A DNA stretch of 64,000 nucleotides from an uncultured Actinomycetes bacterium (GTDB taxonomy: Bacteria > Actinomycetota > Thermoleophilia > Gaiellales > F1-60-MAGs149), in NCBI GenBank assembly GCA_963722525.1, contig CAVRMM010000002.1:452078-516077 (forward strand). The letters are read 5' to 3'. How positions within the stretch are numbered: the stretch's first letter is position 1; each line of letters opens with the position of its first letter. Shown piece by piece: positions 8,545 to 25,136 of the stretch. The translations under genes and the position numbers were made by a program. The notes below the pieces were generated by a model. It saw nothing but the letters and a program-made list of their open reading frames with translations, had not been told where the DNA came from and did no database searches.

Positions 8545-11345
8545 TCGTCGCGCCCTTCGGCACCTGACGGCCGGGTGCGACGTCGGTGTCGACGACGTTG
8601 TCGTCGTCGCGGGTCGTGGAGCCGCCGTTCGCGCGCTCCGACTCCACCCGCAGGCCGGCCTTGAGCAGCGCGCTCTTCGCCCGGGCCAGCGTCATGCCGT
8701 TCACCTTCGGCACCGGCACCGCACCCGAGGCACCGACGACCGCGAGCGTGATCACGCTGCGCCGCGGCGACGGGGCGTCGGCGCGGACGTCCTGGCCGAT
8801 CACCTGGCCCTGCCGCGCGCCGTCCTGCGTGGCGCCGTCCTCGATCACCACGCGGAACTTGACCGCCTGCAGACGGGCGACCGCCTCGGCCACGTTGAGC
8901 CCCGTGACCTCGGGCACGCGCACCAGCGGCACGTCCTTCGCGATGAACACGCGGACGGGGTCGCCGATCGGCACCTGCACGCCGGGCTCGGGCACCTGGT
9001 CGACCACGCGATCGACCGTCTGGCCGGGCTCCGCCGCGACGTACTCCCACTGGAACTCGAGGCCCTGGCCGTTCGCCAGCGTGCGCGCCGCGGAGCGCCG
9101 CTGCGAGGCCAGGTCGGGCACGAACGTGAGGCCGCGCTCGCAGTCCGACGTCTGCTTCTTCGGCCGGTCGCCGATGGCCATGATCAGCTCCCGGACGCCC
9201 TTGCAGCCGATCGGCGCGAGCACGTAGGGGTCGCGCCTGATGTCGACCGCGTAGCCGTTCTGCTGCACGCCAGGCGACGACGGGAAGCCCGCCGAGGCCT
9301 CGCCCTTCAGCGCCTGCTGCATGTAGTCGTGGAAGATCTCGGCCGGGTACGTGCCGCCGAACACCGGCTCGCCCTTGTAGTCCCGCGACATCGAGCGGGC
9401 CGGGTTGACGTAGCCCACCCAGACCGCCGTCGCGCGCTGCGGCGTGAAGCCGACGAACCACGCGTCCTTGAAGTCGGACGAGGTGCCCGTCTTGCCGATC
9501 ACCGTGCGGCCCGGCAGGGCGGCGGCGTTGCCGGTGCCCGACTCCTGCGCGACGACGCCGCGCATGGCGTCGATCTGCGTCAGGGCGTCGGTGTCGGACA
9601 TCGCCCGGGTCGCCTTCGGCCGGTTCACGTCCTTGCGCCCGTCGGGGAAGTCGACGCGCAGGATCGAGACGGGGTCCTGCGTCGGCGAGTCGTAGCCGGC
9701 GTCGGGCGTGTGGAAGAGGATCGAGCCGCCGATCCGCTTGCCGCGCGCGGCGATCGTCGAGTAGGCGTGCGCCATCTCGAGTGGCGTGACGCCGACCCGG
9801 ACGCCGCCGAGGCCGATCGACAGGTTCGGGTCGAGCGGCGAGTTGATGCCCATCGCGTGCGCGGCGTCGACGACGGCGTCGGGGTGCACGGCCTGCGTGA
9901 GCTGCGCGTAGACCGTGTTGTCGGACTCGGTCATCGCCCGCCGCAGGTCGATCGGGCCGGAGTAGACCGGGAAGTCATTCTTGACGAGCATGAAGTTGTG
10001 GTCGTCCTGCTGGAGGATCACCTTGCCGCGACACGAACACCGTGTCGGGCTGGATGCCCTTCTTGAGCGCGGCGGCGAGCACGAACGGCTTGAACGCGGA
10101 GCCCGGCTGGCGGTGCCCGTCGGTGGCGATGTTGAACGTGGACTCGCCCTGCTTCGTGCGGCGTCCGTACTTGGAGCCGCCGACCATCGCCTTGACCTCG
10201 CCGTTCCGCGGATCGATCGACACCAGCGAGCCCGAGATCGGCGTGCCGCCCTGGCCGACCCCGCGCAGGTGGTCGCGCACCTGCTTCTCGGCGTGCGCCT
10301 GCTCGGTCAGGTTGATCGACGTGTAGACGCGCAGGCCGCCGTTGAAGGTGGTCTTCTCGCCGTACTTGTTGACGAGCAGCTGCGTCACGTACTGCACGAA
10401 GAACGGCACCTTCGTGGCGCCGAACGAGATCTCGTGCTTGGTGTCGGCCGGCAGCAGCGCGGCGGCCTTGGCGTCGGCGCCGACGGCGGCCGAGATGTAG
10501 CCCTGCCCGACCATCGCGTCGATCACCAGGTCGCGGCGCGCGCGGGCCGCCTCGGGGTGCTCCAGCGGGTCGAACTCGGTCGGCGACTTGGGAATCGCGG
10601 CGAGCAGGGCGGCCTCGGGGACGTCGAGGTCCTTGGCGCGCTTGCCGAAGTAGAAGCGCGCCGCGGCGTCGACGCCGTACGAGCCGTGCCCGAAGTAGAT
10701 GGTGTTGAGGTACGAGGCGAGGATCTGCGGCTTCGAGTGCACCGAGCGCTCGACCTGGTACGCCAGCATGATCTCCTGGAACTTCCGCCGGACGGTCTGC
10801 TCGGACGTCAGGTACGTGTTCTTGATCAGCTGCTGCGTGATCGTCGAGCCGCCCTCGCGACGTCCCAGGGCGACGCGGTTGAAGACGGCGCGCACGATGC
10901 CCTCGGGATCGAAGCCCTTGTGCTGGTAGAAGCGCTGGTCCTCGATGGCGACGATGGCGTCGGTCATGGGGCGCGAGATCTGGCTCGGCTTCAGCACCTG
11001 GCGGGCCTCACCCTGGCGCAGGACGCCGATCCGCACCCAGCAGCCCTTCGCACCCGCACGGGCGGCCTTGCACGACGCCTTCTTCGGATCGCGCGCGTAG
11101 AGGTAGCCCACCTGGGCGGGCTCGCGCGCCGCGAACTGGTCGAGATCGGGCGCGTTCTGCGCGACGGCCGTCATGAAGCCGAACATCGACGACACGATCG
11201 CGAGCAGCGTCAGCAGGGCCAGCACGAGGCCGAAGCGCACCCAGCGCATGCGGCGGCGGCGCGCCTCGCGCGGCCGGGGCGGCTGCGGCGGGGGCGCGAA
11301 GTCGAAGCGGAGCGGCTGCTCTGATCGGCGTCGGCGTCTGCGCAT
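8510..11345 (-). pseudogene. Class A penicillin-binding protein (glycosyltransferase + transpeptidase) with C-terminal PASTA repeats; one frame break (likely artefact)
   Basis: ORF 9975..11345 has the membrane anchor, GT51 motifs (AIEDQRFYQHKGFD, GGSTITQQL, RKFQE) and SAFKPF (SxxK). ORF 8510..10021 continues with the transpeptidase (SDN, KTGTS) and two to three PASTA-like units (VPEVTGLNVAEAVARL..., VPKVNGMTLARAKSALLKAGL...). The segments join with one extra base near 10027. Confidence 0.88.
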
Positions 11346-11424
11346 GTCGGAACGAGGCCGGACGGGGCCCGACGCGCCAGATGGTACCGCGGCGATGGCA
11401 GATCGCCGCCTCTATCCTCCGGGA

Positions 11425-12706
11425 ATGGCGGACGACGCGATCCTCGACGACCTCGGCTGGCGGGGGCTGATCTTCCAGAGCACCGACGAGGATCGCATCC
11501 GCACGCGCCTTCGCGGCGAGCCGGCGCGGGTGTACTGCGGGTTCGATCCGACGGCGCCCTCGCTGCACCTCGGCAACCTCGTGCCGCTGTTCGGCCTGGC
11601 GCGGTTCCAGCGCGCCGGTCACGCGCCGATCGCGCTCCTCGGCGGCGGCACCGGGCTGATCGGCGATCCGCGGTCGACTACCGAGCGCACGCTCAAGTCG
11701 ACCGAGGTGGTGCGCGACTGGGCCGAGCGGATCCGCCCGCAGCTGGAGCGGTTCATCGACTTCGATCCGAAGCTGCCGAACGCGGCCGATCCTGGTCGAC
11801 AACTACGACTGGCTCGGCCCGATGACGGCCACCGAGCTGCTCCGCGACGTCGGCAAGCACTTCCCGATCGGCTACATGCTGGCCAAGGAGACGGTGCGCT
11901 CGCGCCTCGAGAGCGGCATCTCCTACACCGAGTTCTCCTACATGCTGCTGCAGGCGTACGACTACCTGGAGCTGTCGCGCCGCCACGGCTGCCGCCTGCA
12001 GATCGGCGGCTCCGACCAGTGGGGCAACATCACGGCCGGCTGCGAGCTGATCCGCCGCGTCGACGGCGGCGAGGCCGATGCGATCACCTTCCCGCTCGTC
12101 ACCAAGGCCGACGGCGAGAAGTTCGGCAAGTCGGAGGCCGGCGCGGTCTACCTCGACCCGGCCATGACCTCCGTGTTCGCCTTCTACCAGTTCTGGCTCA
12201 ACCAGGACGACGCCGACGCGGGCCGGTTCCTGCGCGTCTTCTCCTTCGCCTCGCGCGAGGAGATCGAGGCGCTCGACGCGGCCACCGCGGAGCGCCCGCA
12301 CGAGCGTGCGGCGCAGCGGGCCCTGGCCCGCGAGCTGACGGTGCGCGTGCACGGCGAGGACGCCTGGGCGCGCGCCACCCGCACCTCCGAGGCGCTGTTC
12401 GGCCGCGGCCGCCTGGACGAGGCCGACCCGGCCGAGCTCGAGGCGGCGCTCGGCGACGCGCCCACCGTGGAGCTGGACGGGGCCGCGGAGCTGCCTGCGT
12501 ACGCCGAGCTGTTCCAGCGCGCCGGCCTGGTCTCGAGCATCTCCGAGGCAGTGCGCATGGCCGCCGGCGGCGGGCTCTCCGCCAACGACGACAAGGTCGA
12601 CGATGTGCGGCAATCGCCTGCACCTGACGACTTTCTCGGAGGGCGCCTGCTGGTACTCTCCCGGGGTCGCCGGAACCGTGCGCTGGTGCGGCGAGGCGGC
12701 CCGTGA
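11425..12706 (+). pseudogene. tyrS: Tyrosine--tRNA ligase; one frame break (likely artefact)
   Basis: The frame of ORF 11173.. gives [15 protein letters not shown] (HIGH motif). ORF 11822..12706 gives [22 protein letters not shown] (KMSKS-type) and a C-terminal S4-like domain. The segments join across one extra base near 11788 (NAA|[12 protein letters not shown]). Confidence 0.9.
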
Positions 12707-12716
12707 CGGTTCCCGT

Positions 12717-12744
12717 TTGCACCGGGAGCCAACCCTGGTAGGAT
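12717..12744 (+). promoter_or_regulatory. Candidate rrn promoter P1 (TTGCAC-16 nt-TAGGAT)
   Basis: The hexamers were read directly in the tyrS-16S spacer. They fit a housekeeping-sigma -35/-10 pattern. No transcript data. Confidence 0.3.
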
Positions 12745-12828
12745 CCGTCCCGGCAGCGAGTCAAGGAGCCCTCGGGCTCCGCGAGCCGAAAGGCTCGTGC
12801 TCGCTCCCTTCTGCATGTCGGTCGACGG

Positions 12829-12857
12829 TTGCTTACCGCGCCGACAGTTGATAGTCT
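12829..12857 (+). promoter_or_regulatory. Candidate rrn promoter P2 (TTGCTT-17 nt-TAGTCT)
   Basis: The hexamers were read directly, about 235 nt upstream of the mature 16S 5' end. Confidence 0.35.
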
Positions 12858-12887
12858 TTCTCGTTGCGCCGTTTTATGGCGCCTGGT

Positions 12888-12899
12888 CTTTGAAAACTG
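12888..12899 (+). promoter_or_regulatory. boxA-like rRNA leader element CTTTGAAAACTG
   Basis: The motif is in the 16S leader and recurs as CCTTGAAAACTG at 14919-14930, just upstream of the 23S. That is the usual placement of rrn antitermination boxA-type elements. Confidence 0.4.
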
Positions 12900-13091
12900 A
12901 ACAGCATGGCGCCATCAACGGAATACTTCCGTCGATGGCAGCCAGTCGAGTTTTAAGCCGAGCGCCGGCCTTTTAGGTCGGCGACTCACAAGCGGCCGTG
13001 TCGACTGCCGGGCCTTCGGGCACCGGATGGAGACATCGGCTGGATCAACTCCATAGCCTGTAATCGCCACTTCGGCGAATACAACAAGGTT

Positions 13092-14642
<1,551 letters not shown>

Positions 14643-14918
14643 TAGGGATGCGGTGACATCGGTCACGCAGGCGCCCCCCACCGGATGTGGAGCTCTCGTT
14701 CTCGGGGTGACTTACCTGGACGCGTGTATCGCGTCGGAGAGCTCGCACGATGGGGCACGTTAGAACGATCGTCGACCACGGCTTGGCCGGCCAGCGCTGA
14801 GAACTCGTAGGTCATTCATGTTGCTCAGTTTTCAGAGACAGGCGCTTCGGCGCCCCTGACCGTCGTCCTCTCGAGGGCGGGTCGTCGCGTCTCTCAGCGG
14901 GCATGGCGTCCGCGCGCA

Positions 14919-14930
14919 CCTTGAAAACTG
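14919..14930 (+). promoter_or_regulatory. boxA-like spacer element CCTTGAAAACTG upstream of the 23S
   Basis: Second copy of the leader motif (see 12888-12899). Confidence 0.35.
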
Positions 14931-14956
14931 CATAGTGGTATGTGGTGTTCTCTTAC

Positions 14957-17957
<3,001 letters not shown>

Positions 17958-18033
17958 AATATGGTGAGCCCATCATGCCCTATGCAGCTTTGAAGGTGCG
18001 CGGAGCCGCGCCCTGATCTGACATCTCAGAGCT

Positions 18034-18150
18034 TTCCGGTGGCTATGGCGAGGGGGATACACCTCTTCCCTTTCCGAACAGAGCAGTTAAGCCCCTCAGC
18101 GCCGATGGTACTTGGTTCGCAAGAGCCTGGGAGAGTAGGTCGCCGCCGGA
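18034..18150 (+). rRNA. rrf: 5S ribosomal RNA
   Basis: About 117 nt with CCGAACAGAGCAGTTAAGC and CCTGGGAGAGTAGGTCGCCGCCGGA, the typical 5S helix I/IV-V signatures. Confidence 0.85.
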
Positions 18151-18160
18151 TTCAACGTCA

Positions 18161-18191
18161 CGAGGCCGGTCACCTTCGGGTGCCGGCCTCG
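18161..18191. terminator. GC-rich hairpin between the 5S and the convergent phosphatase gene (bidirectional terminator candidate)
   Basis: CGAGGCCGG(T)CACC-TTCG-GGTGCCGGCCTCG, a 13-bp stem with one bulge and a TTCG loop, followed by TTCGTCGTC. Confidence 0.5.
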
Positions 18192-18210
18192 TTCGTCGTC
18201 CTGGGCAGTT

Positions 18211-18838
18211 TCAGGCCTCTTCGGTCGGCTCGTGCGCAGTCGCCAGTGGCACGTTGTAGCCCTCGAGCCGCCAGCCGGGCACGCTCGATCACGGTCAGGC
18301 TGCCGTGGACGAGCGGCGCCACGCCGCGCCGCGCGTCGCGCCAGTCGCCGCCGGCAGCGTGTGCGACGGCCGCGCGGATGACGCCGCCGTGCGAGAACAC
18401 CGCCACCACGTCGTGGCTGGCATAGAGCCCCGGCCACGCGCTCCAGCGCCTCGACCGACGCGATCCTGCAGTTCGGCGAAGGTCTCGCCGTCCTCCCAGG
18501 AGGTCTCGCCCGACTCGTGGCGCCCGACGGCGCCCTGGCTGGGCGGCGAGGATCTCGATGCGCTGTCGTCCGGTCCACGACCCCGTGTCGATCTCGCGCA
18601 GCGACGCGTCGGTCTGCACATCGAGCCCGCAGAGCGCCGCCGAGGGGCGGGCGGTGTCGATCGCGCGCACGAGGTCGGAGGCGTGAATGGCGACCGGGCT
18701 CAGAGCAGCGACGGCCGGCGCGATGGCGACGGCCTGCTCGCGGCCGAGGTCGTTCAGCGGCTGGTCGCTGTGCCCCTGCCAGCGTTGCTCGGCGTTCCAG
18801 TCGGTCTCGCCGTGTCGCAGAAGGTGCAGGCGCGCCAT
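18211..18838 (-). pseudogene. Histidine phosphatase (phosphoglycerate-mutase-like) family protein; frame broken four times
   Basis: The homologous path runs through four frames. (1) MARLHLLRHGETDWN...REIDTGSWTG (ORF 18170..18850). (2) GAVGRHESGETSWEDGETFAELQ (ORF 18295..18621). (3) RIASVEALER (ORF 18096..18848). (4) WPGLYASHDVVAVFSHGGVIRAA...SLTVIERA, then WRLEGYNVPLATAHEPTEEA with a stop at 18211. Breaks lie near 18535, 18467, 18437 and 18274. Confidence 0.75.
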
Positions 18839-18867
18839 ATGGCGGCACACCCTATACGCTGCCGTCC

Positions 18868-19635
18868 GTGGACCTGGGACTGGACGGCCGTCGCGCTCTC
18901 GTCACGGGCGGCACCAAGGGCATCGGGCGCGCGATCGCCGCGGGCCTTGTCGCCGAGGGCGCCCGCGTGGTCGTCGTCAGCCGCGGCGGCGACGCCGTGC
19001 CGGGCTGCGAGCTGGCCATCGCGGCCGATCTCGGCAGGCGTGGCGCGCCCGAGCGGGCCGTGGCCGAGGCCGTCGCCGCGCTGGGCGGCCTGGACATCCT
19101 CGTGAACAACGTCGGCGTCGCGCGGCAGGTGTCGTTCGACGACCTCGACGACGACGACTGGCAGGCCGCGCTCGACCTGAACGTGATGAGCTACGTGCGC
19201 TCCATCCGCGGCGCGCTGCCGCACCTGCGCGCCTCCGACCAGGCCCGCATCGTCAACGTCTCGTCGACCGCCGGCAAGCGGCCGTCGACCGGCATGCCCG
19301 ACTACACCGTCACGAAGGCGGCCGTGCTGTCGCTGTCGCGCCTGGTGGCCGACCTGGAGGCGAAGAACGGCGTGCTCTGCAACGCGGTCTGCCCGGGCCC
19401 GTCGCTGACGCCGGCGTGGCTCGAGGAGGGCGGCCTCGCCGACCAGGCCGTCGCCCGCGACGGCGGCGACCGCGACGCCGTGCTGGCCAAGGTGGCGGCC
19501 GGCCGGCCGCTGAACCGGATGGCGGAGCCGGAGGAGATCGCGCGCGTCGCCGTGTTCCTCTGCTCGGCCGCCGCGTCGTATGTCACAGGTGCCGCGTGGG
19601 GTGTCGACGGGGGCACGGTTCCGGTCATCATTTAG
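18868..19635 (+). CDS. SDR family oxidoreductase
   Basis: This is the tail of ORF 18517..19635. It has [15 protein letters not shown] (TGxxxGIG), NNVG, the catalytic S...YxxxK region (SSTAGKRP...YTVTKAA) and C-terminal [12 protein letters not shown]. The GTG 18868 start is inferred. Confidence 0.85.
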   Translation: MDLGLDGRRALVTGGTKGIGRAIAAGLVAEGARVVVVSRGGDAVPGCELAIAADLGRRGAPERAVAEAVAALGGLDILVNNVGVARQVSFDDLDDDDWQAALDLNVMSYVRSIRGALPHLRASDQARIVNVSSTAGKRPSTGMPDYTVTKAAVLSLSRLVADLEAKNGVLCNAVCPGPSLTPAWLEEGGLADQAVARDGGDRDAVLAKVAAGRPLNRMAEPEEIARVAVFLCSAAASYVTGAAWGVDGGTVPVII

Positions 19636-19664
19636 ACCCGTCGCCGAGTACCCTTCGGTAGACG

Positions 19665-21247
<1,583 letters not shown>

Positions 21248-21248
<1 letters not shown>

Positions 21249-22265
21249 TGCCCGACGGCGACGGGCCGGTCGCCGCGCGCTTCGAGGAGCGCATGCGGGA
21301 GGAGGAGGAGCGCCGCCTGGCGCCCGAGGCGGTGCGGTCGTACGGCACCCGCGGCCGGGCCGAGGCCGAGGAGGAGTGCTCGCTGCGCACGCCATTCCAG
21401 CGCGACCGCGACCGTATCATCCACGCAAAGGCGTTCCGCCGGCTCAAGCACAAGACCCAGGTCTTCATCGCCCCCGAGGGCGACCACTACCGCACCCGCC
21501 TCACGCACACGCTCGAGGTGGTCGGCATCGCCCGCTCCGTGGCCCGCGCCCTGCAGCTCAACGAGGACCTGACCGAGGCGATCGCGCTCGGGCACGACCT
21601 CGGCCACCCGCCGTTCGGCCACGCCGGCGAGGAGGCCCTCTCCGACGCGCTGGAGGCCGCGCACGGGGAAGCGCTTCCGCCACAACGAGCACTCGCTGCG
21701 CATCGTCGAGCATCTGGAGCGCGACGGCCGCGGCCTGAACCTCACGCACGAGGTCCGGGACGGCATCCTCAACCACACGGGGCAGACGGCGCCGGCGACG
21801 CTCGAGGGTCGCATCGTGAAGCTCGTCGACCGGGTCGCGTACATCAACCACGACATCGACGACGCGATCCGCGCCGGCGTCCTCGAACCGGAGCGGCTAC
21901 CGGCGGACGAGGTGGCGCTGTTGGGGAACACTGCTGCGCGTCGGATCGACCGATTTGTGCATGATCTTGTTGAAAACTCGTCCCAGATCCGCGATATTCT
22001 CCTGGCCCCCCGGATGAGCGAGTCGCTCCTGACCCTGCGCGCCTTCATGTTCGAAGAGGTCTATCTCCGCCCTGACGGCGACGACGAGCGTCGTCGCGTG
22101 CGCCACGTGGTGTCCTCGCTGTTCGGCTGGTTCCTGGCCGCGCAGCCCGAGGGCCCGGACCGCGTGGCGCGCGTCGTCGACCACGTGGCCGGCATGACGG
22201 ACCGCTACGCGCTGCGCACGTATCGCGAGCTGTTCGAGCCGGAGGGGTGGGCCTTCCAGCCATGA
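21248..22265 (+). pseudogene. dgt: dGTP triphosphohydrolase-like HD-domain protein; one frame break (likely artefact)
   Basis: [34 protein letters not shown] and [11 protein letters not shown] are in the frame of ORF 19580... The protein continues as [14 protein letters not shown]...[14 protein letters not shown] in the frame of ORF 21816..22265. There is an extra G in gggg 21665-21668. Both neighbours overlap by ATGA-type junctions. Confidence 0.85.
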
Positions 22266-24001
22266 ACGCGGTCGGCGGCCGGATCACCCAGGCGACCATC
22301 GACGCGGTCCGCGACCGCGCCGACCTGGTCGAGCTGGTCGAGGCGCGGACCGGCCCCGGCCGGCCGTCGCGCGGCCAGATGATGCTGCGCTGCCCGTTCC
22401 ACGACGAGCGCACGCCGTCGTTCCACGTGCACCCGGGCGACAAGCTCTACAAGTGCTTCGGCTGCGGCGAGCAGGGCGGGCTGTTCGACTTCGTCCGCAA
22501 GATCGAAAGTCTCAACTTCCCCGAGGCCGTCGAGTGGCTCGCCGACCGCTATGGCGTCGAGGTCGAGCGCGAGGACCTGTCGCCCGGCGACCGCGACCGG
22601 CTCGACCGTGCGAAGCGCGCCGACAGCCTGCTCGACGACGTCACGTCCTTCTACGAGCGCTACCTGGAGCGCGCCGACGAGAGCGAGGCGGCGCGCACCT
22701 ACCTGGCCGAGCGCGGCGTGACGGCCGAGTCGATCGCGCGCTTCCGGCTCGGCTTCGCGCCCTCCGACTGGGATCGCGTCGCCCGCTCGGCGCTCTCCAA
22801 GGGCTATCCGACCGAGCTGCTGTACGAGGCGGGCGTCTCGTCGCAGGGGCGCCGCGGGCCGATCGACCGGTTCCGCGGCCGCATCACGTTCCCGCTCTGC
22901 GATGCGCGGGGCCGCGTGCGCGGCTTCGGCGCGCGGGTGATGCCGGGTGGGGAGGGGCCGAAGTACCTGAACAGCCCCGAGTCCGAGATCTTCAAGAAGA
23001 GCCGCATCCTGTATGGGCTGCACCTCGCCCGTCCCGCGATCGCGAAGAAGCACCGCGCGATCGTGGTCGAGGGCTACACCGACGTGATCGCCCTGCACGC
23101 CGCCGGCTTCGACGAGTCGGTCGCCGCGATGGGCACGTCGCTGACCGAGGAGGGCGTGCGCGAGCTGCGCCGCCTGGCCGACGCCGTGCTGCTGTGCTTC
23201 GACGCCGACGCGGCGGGCCAGGAGGCGGCGCTGCGCGGCATGGAGATGGCCGAGCGCAGCGGCCTGCGCGTGCGCATCGTGGCGCTGCCCGGCGGGCAGG
23301 ACCCGGCCGACATCCTGGCGCGCGGCCCCGAGGCCTTCGAAGAGGCGCTCGCGGCGGCCCAGCCGGTGCTGGCGTTCCGCATCGGCCGGGCGCTCGACCT
23401 CGCCCGGGGCGAGGAGGGGCCCGACGCGGCCTACACCGCCTGCCGCAGCATCCTCGCCGCCGCCGCTCCCGGCCCCGAGCGCGACGAGCAGGTGCGGCTC
23501 GTCTCCAGCGCGCTGCGGCTCGGCGCCGCCTCGCAGGCCGCGCTCGTGCCCGGCCGCCGCGGCGGGCCGCGGATGCCCGACACGTCCGTCGCACGCGCCC
23601 CATCCGACCAGCGGCGCGTCGCCTACCATCGCCTCCTCGCCGCCTGTCTGGTCGCGCGCCTGGCGCCCGAGGAGACCGACGAGTCCGAGCTCGCGGCGTG
23701 GGTGCGCGCGCGGATCGCAGGCAACGCGGAGGGCGTCCCGGAGGGCCTCGAGGGCGATGCGGCCGCCGTGCTGTCCTACACCGCCGACTACGACGACGGC
23801 GACGCCGGGCGGGTCGATGCCCGCCACGCGGTCGAGAGTTTTCGCCGCGCGCGACGTATCACCGAGATCGACGACGCCATCGCTGAGCTAAAGGCGAACG
23901 GCGAAAGCACCGAATACACCCGTGAGCAGCAAATCACGTTGAACCAGCTGCAACGCGAAAAGGCCGCCTTGCGCGACCAGGACCGTAGTGCTGCCACCTA
24001 G
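22262..24001 (+). CDS. dnaG: DNA primase
   Basis: ORF 22247..24001 has the zinc ribbon [13 protein letters not shown]...[10 protein letters not shown], the RNA-polymerase core KYLNSPES and Toprim [10 protein letters not shown]...[13 protein letters not shown] 22262 overlaps the dgt stop. Confidence 0.9.
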   Translation: MNAVGGRITQATIDAVRDRADLVELVEARTGPGRPSRGQMMLRCPFHDERTPSFHVHPGDKLYKCFGCGEQGGLFDFVRKIESLNFPEAVEWLADRYGVEVEREDLSPGDRDRLDRAKRADSLLDDVTSFYERYLERADESEAARTYLAERGVTAESIARFRLGFAPSDWDRVARSALSKGYPTELLYEAGVSSQGRRGPIDRFRGRITFPLCDARGRVRGFGARVMPGGEGPKYLNSPESEIFKKSRILYGLHLARPAIAKKHRAIVVEGYTDVIALHAAGFDESVAAMGTSLTEEGVRELRRLADAVLLCFDADAAGQEAALRGMEMAERSGLRVRIVALPGGQDPADILARGPEAFEEALAAAQPVLAFRIGRALDLARGEEGPDAAYTACRSILAAAAPGPERDEQVRLVSSALRLGAASQAALVPGRRGGPRMPDTSVARAPSDQRRVAYHRLLAACLVARLAPEETDESELAAWVRARIAGNAEGVPEGLEGDAAAVLSYTADYDDGDAGRVDARHAVESFRRARRITEIDDAIAELKANGESTEYTREQQITLNQLQREKAALRDQDRSAAT

Positions 24002-24008
24002 GAGTTCC

Positions 24009-25028
24009 GTGGAGCCCGACCGCTTCGATTACATCGAGACACCCGCCGCCGTCGATCCTGTCGACGGGGATGAGACCCTGCTCGAGAAGACGGGCCTCGA
24101 GGTGATCGGGTTCGACGCCGTCGACGAGGAAGAGGAAGACGTCTTCGAGGAGCCCGTCGTCGTCGCCGACGCCGCGGCCGGCGTCACGATCGACGTCGCC
24201 GTCCGGCACCGCGACCACGACCCGGTGCGCGCCTACCTGCGCGAGATCGGCAAGGTGCCGCTGCTGACCGGCGAGGAGGAGATCTCCCTCGCCAAGCGCG
24301 TCGAGCGCGGCGACCCGGCGGCCAAGCAGGCGCTGATCGAGGCGAACCTGCGCCTCGTCGTCTCGGTCGCGAAGCGCTACGTCGGTCGCGGCATGCTCTT
24401 CCTCGACCTGATCCAGGAGGGCAACCTCGGGCTGATGCGCGCCGTCGAGAAGTTCGACTGGCGCCGCGGCTACAAGTTCTCGACGTACGCCACGTGGTGG
24501 ATCCGCCAGGCGATCACCCGCGGCATCGCCGACCAGGCGCGGACGATCCGCGTGCCGGTGCACATGGTGGAGACGATCAACAAGCTCGTCCGCGTCCGCC
24601 GCCAGCTGACCCAGGAGCTGGAGCGCGACCCGACGAACGAGGAGATCGCCCTGAAGATGGAGATCACGCCGGAGCGCGTGGAGCAGATCCTCAAGATCGC
24701 CCAGGAGCCCGTCTCGCTCGAGACGCCCGTCGGCGACGAGGACGACTCGAACCTCGGCGACTTCATCGAGGACGACGAGCTGCAGCGGCCGCACGTCGCG
24801 GTCGACTCCAAGATGCGCGGCGAGGAGCTGCAGGGCGTGCTCTCGTCCCTGTCGCACCGCGAGCGCAAGGTGATCGAGCTGCGGTACGGCATCGGCGGCG
24901 GCGAGCCGATGACGCTGGAGGAGGTGGGGCGCTACTTCGGCGTCACCCGCGAGCGCATCCGCCAGATCGAGACGCGCACCCTGTTCAAGCTGAAGTCGAT
25001 GCGAGCCGCGGGACGCTTCAGCGATTGA
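24009..25028 (+). CDS. rpoD: Primary (group 1) RNA polymerase sigma factor
   Basis: ORF 23988..25028 has region 1.2 [11 protein letters not shown], region 2 [39 protein letters not shown], region 3, and region 4.2 [25 protein letters not shown] at 24000-24004 favours the GTG 24009 start. Confidence 0.9.
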   Translation: MEPDRFDYIETPAAVDPVDGDETLLEKTGLEVIGFDAVDEEEEDVFEEPVVVADAAAGVTIDVAVRHRDHDPVRAYLREIGKVPLLTGEEEISLAKRVERGDPAAKQALIEANLRLVVSVAKRYVGRGMLFLDLIQEGNLGLMRAVEKFDWRRGYKFSTYATWWIRQAITRGIADQARTIRVPVHMVETINKLVRVRRQLTQELERDPTNEEIALKMEITPERVEQILKIAQEPVSLETPVGDEDDSNLGDFIEDDELQRPHVAVDSKMRGEELQGVLSSLSHRERKVIELRYGIGGGEPMTLEEVGRYFGVTRERIRQIETRTLFKLKSMRAAGRFSD

Positions 25029-25062
25029 TCCGATCCAGGCCGGGTATACTCTGGTCAGCCGA

Positions 25063-25134
25063 TCCTCGGTAGCTCAACGGCAGAGCATCCGACTGTTAAT
25101 CGGAGGGTTGTAAGTTCGAATCTTACCCGAGGAG
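25063..25134 (+). tRNA. tRNA-Asn (anticodon GTT)
   Basis: A cloverleaf was folded by hand: acceptor TCCTCGG/CCGAGGA, D stem GCTC/GAGC, anticodon stem TCCGA/TCGGA with loop CTGTTAA, T arm GTAAG-TTCGAAT-CTTAC, discriminator G. CCA is not encoded. Confidence 0.88.
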
Positions 25135-25136
25135 CT

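Noticed and set aside
14643-14956. Possible tRNA-Ile or tRNA-Ala in the 16S-23S spacer
   Set aside because: I read the spacer on both strands and found no acceptor/T-arm (GTTCGAATC-type) cloverleaf.
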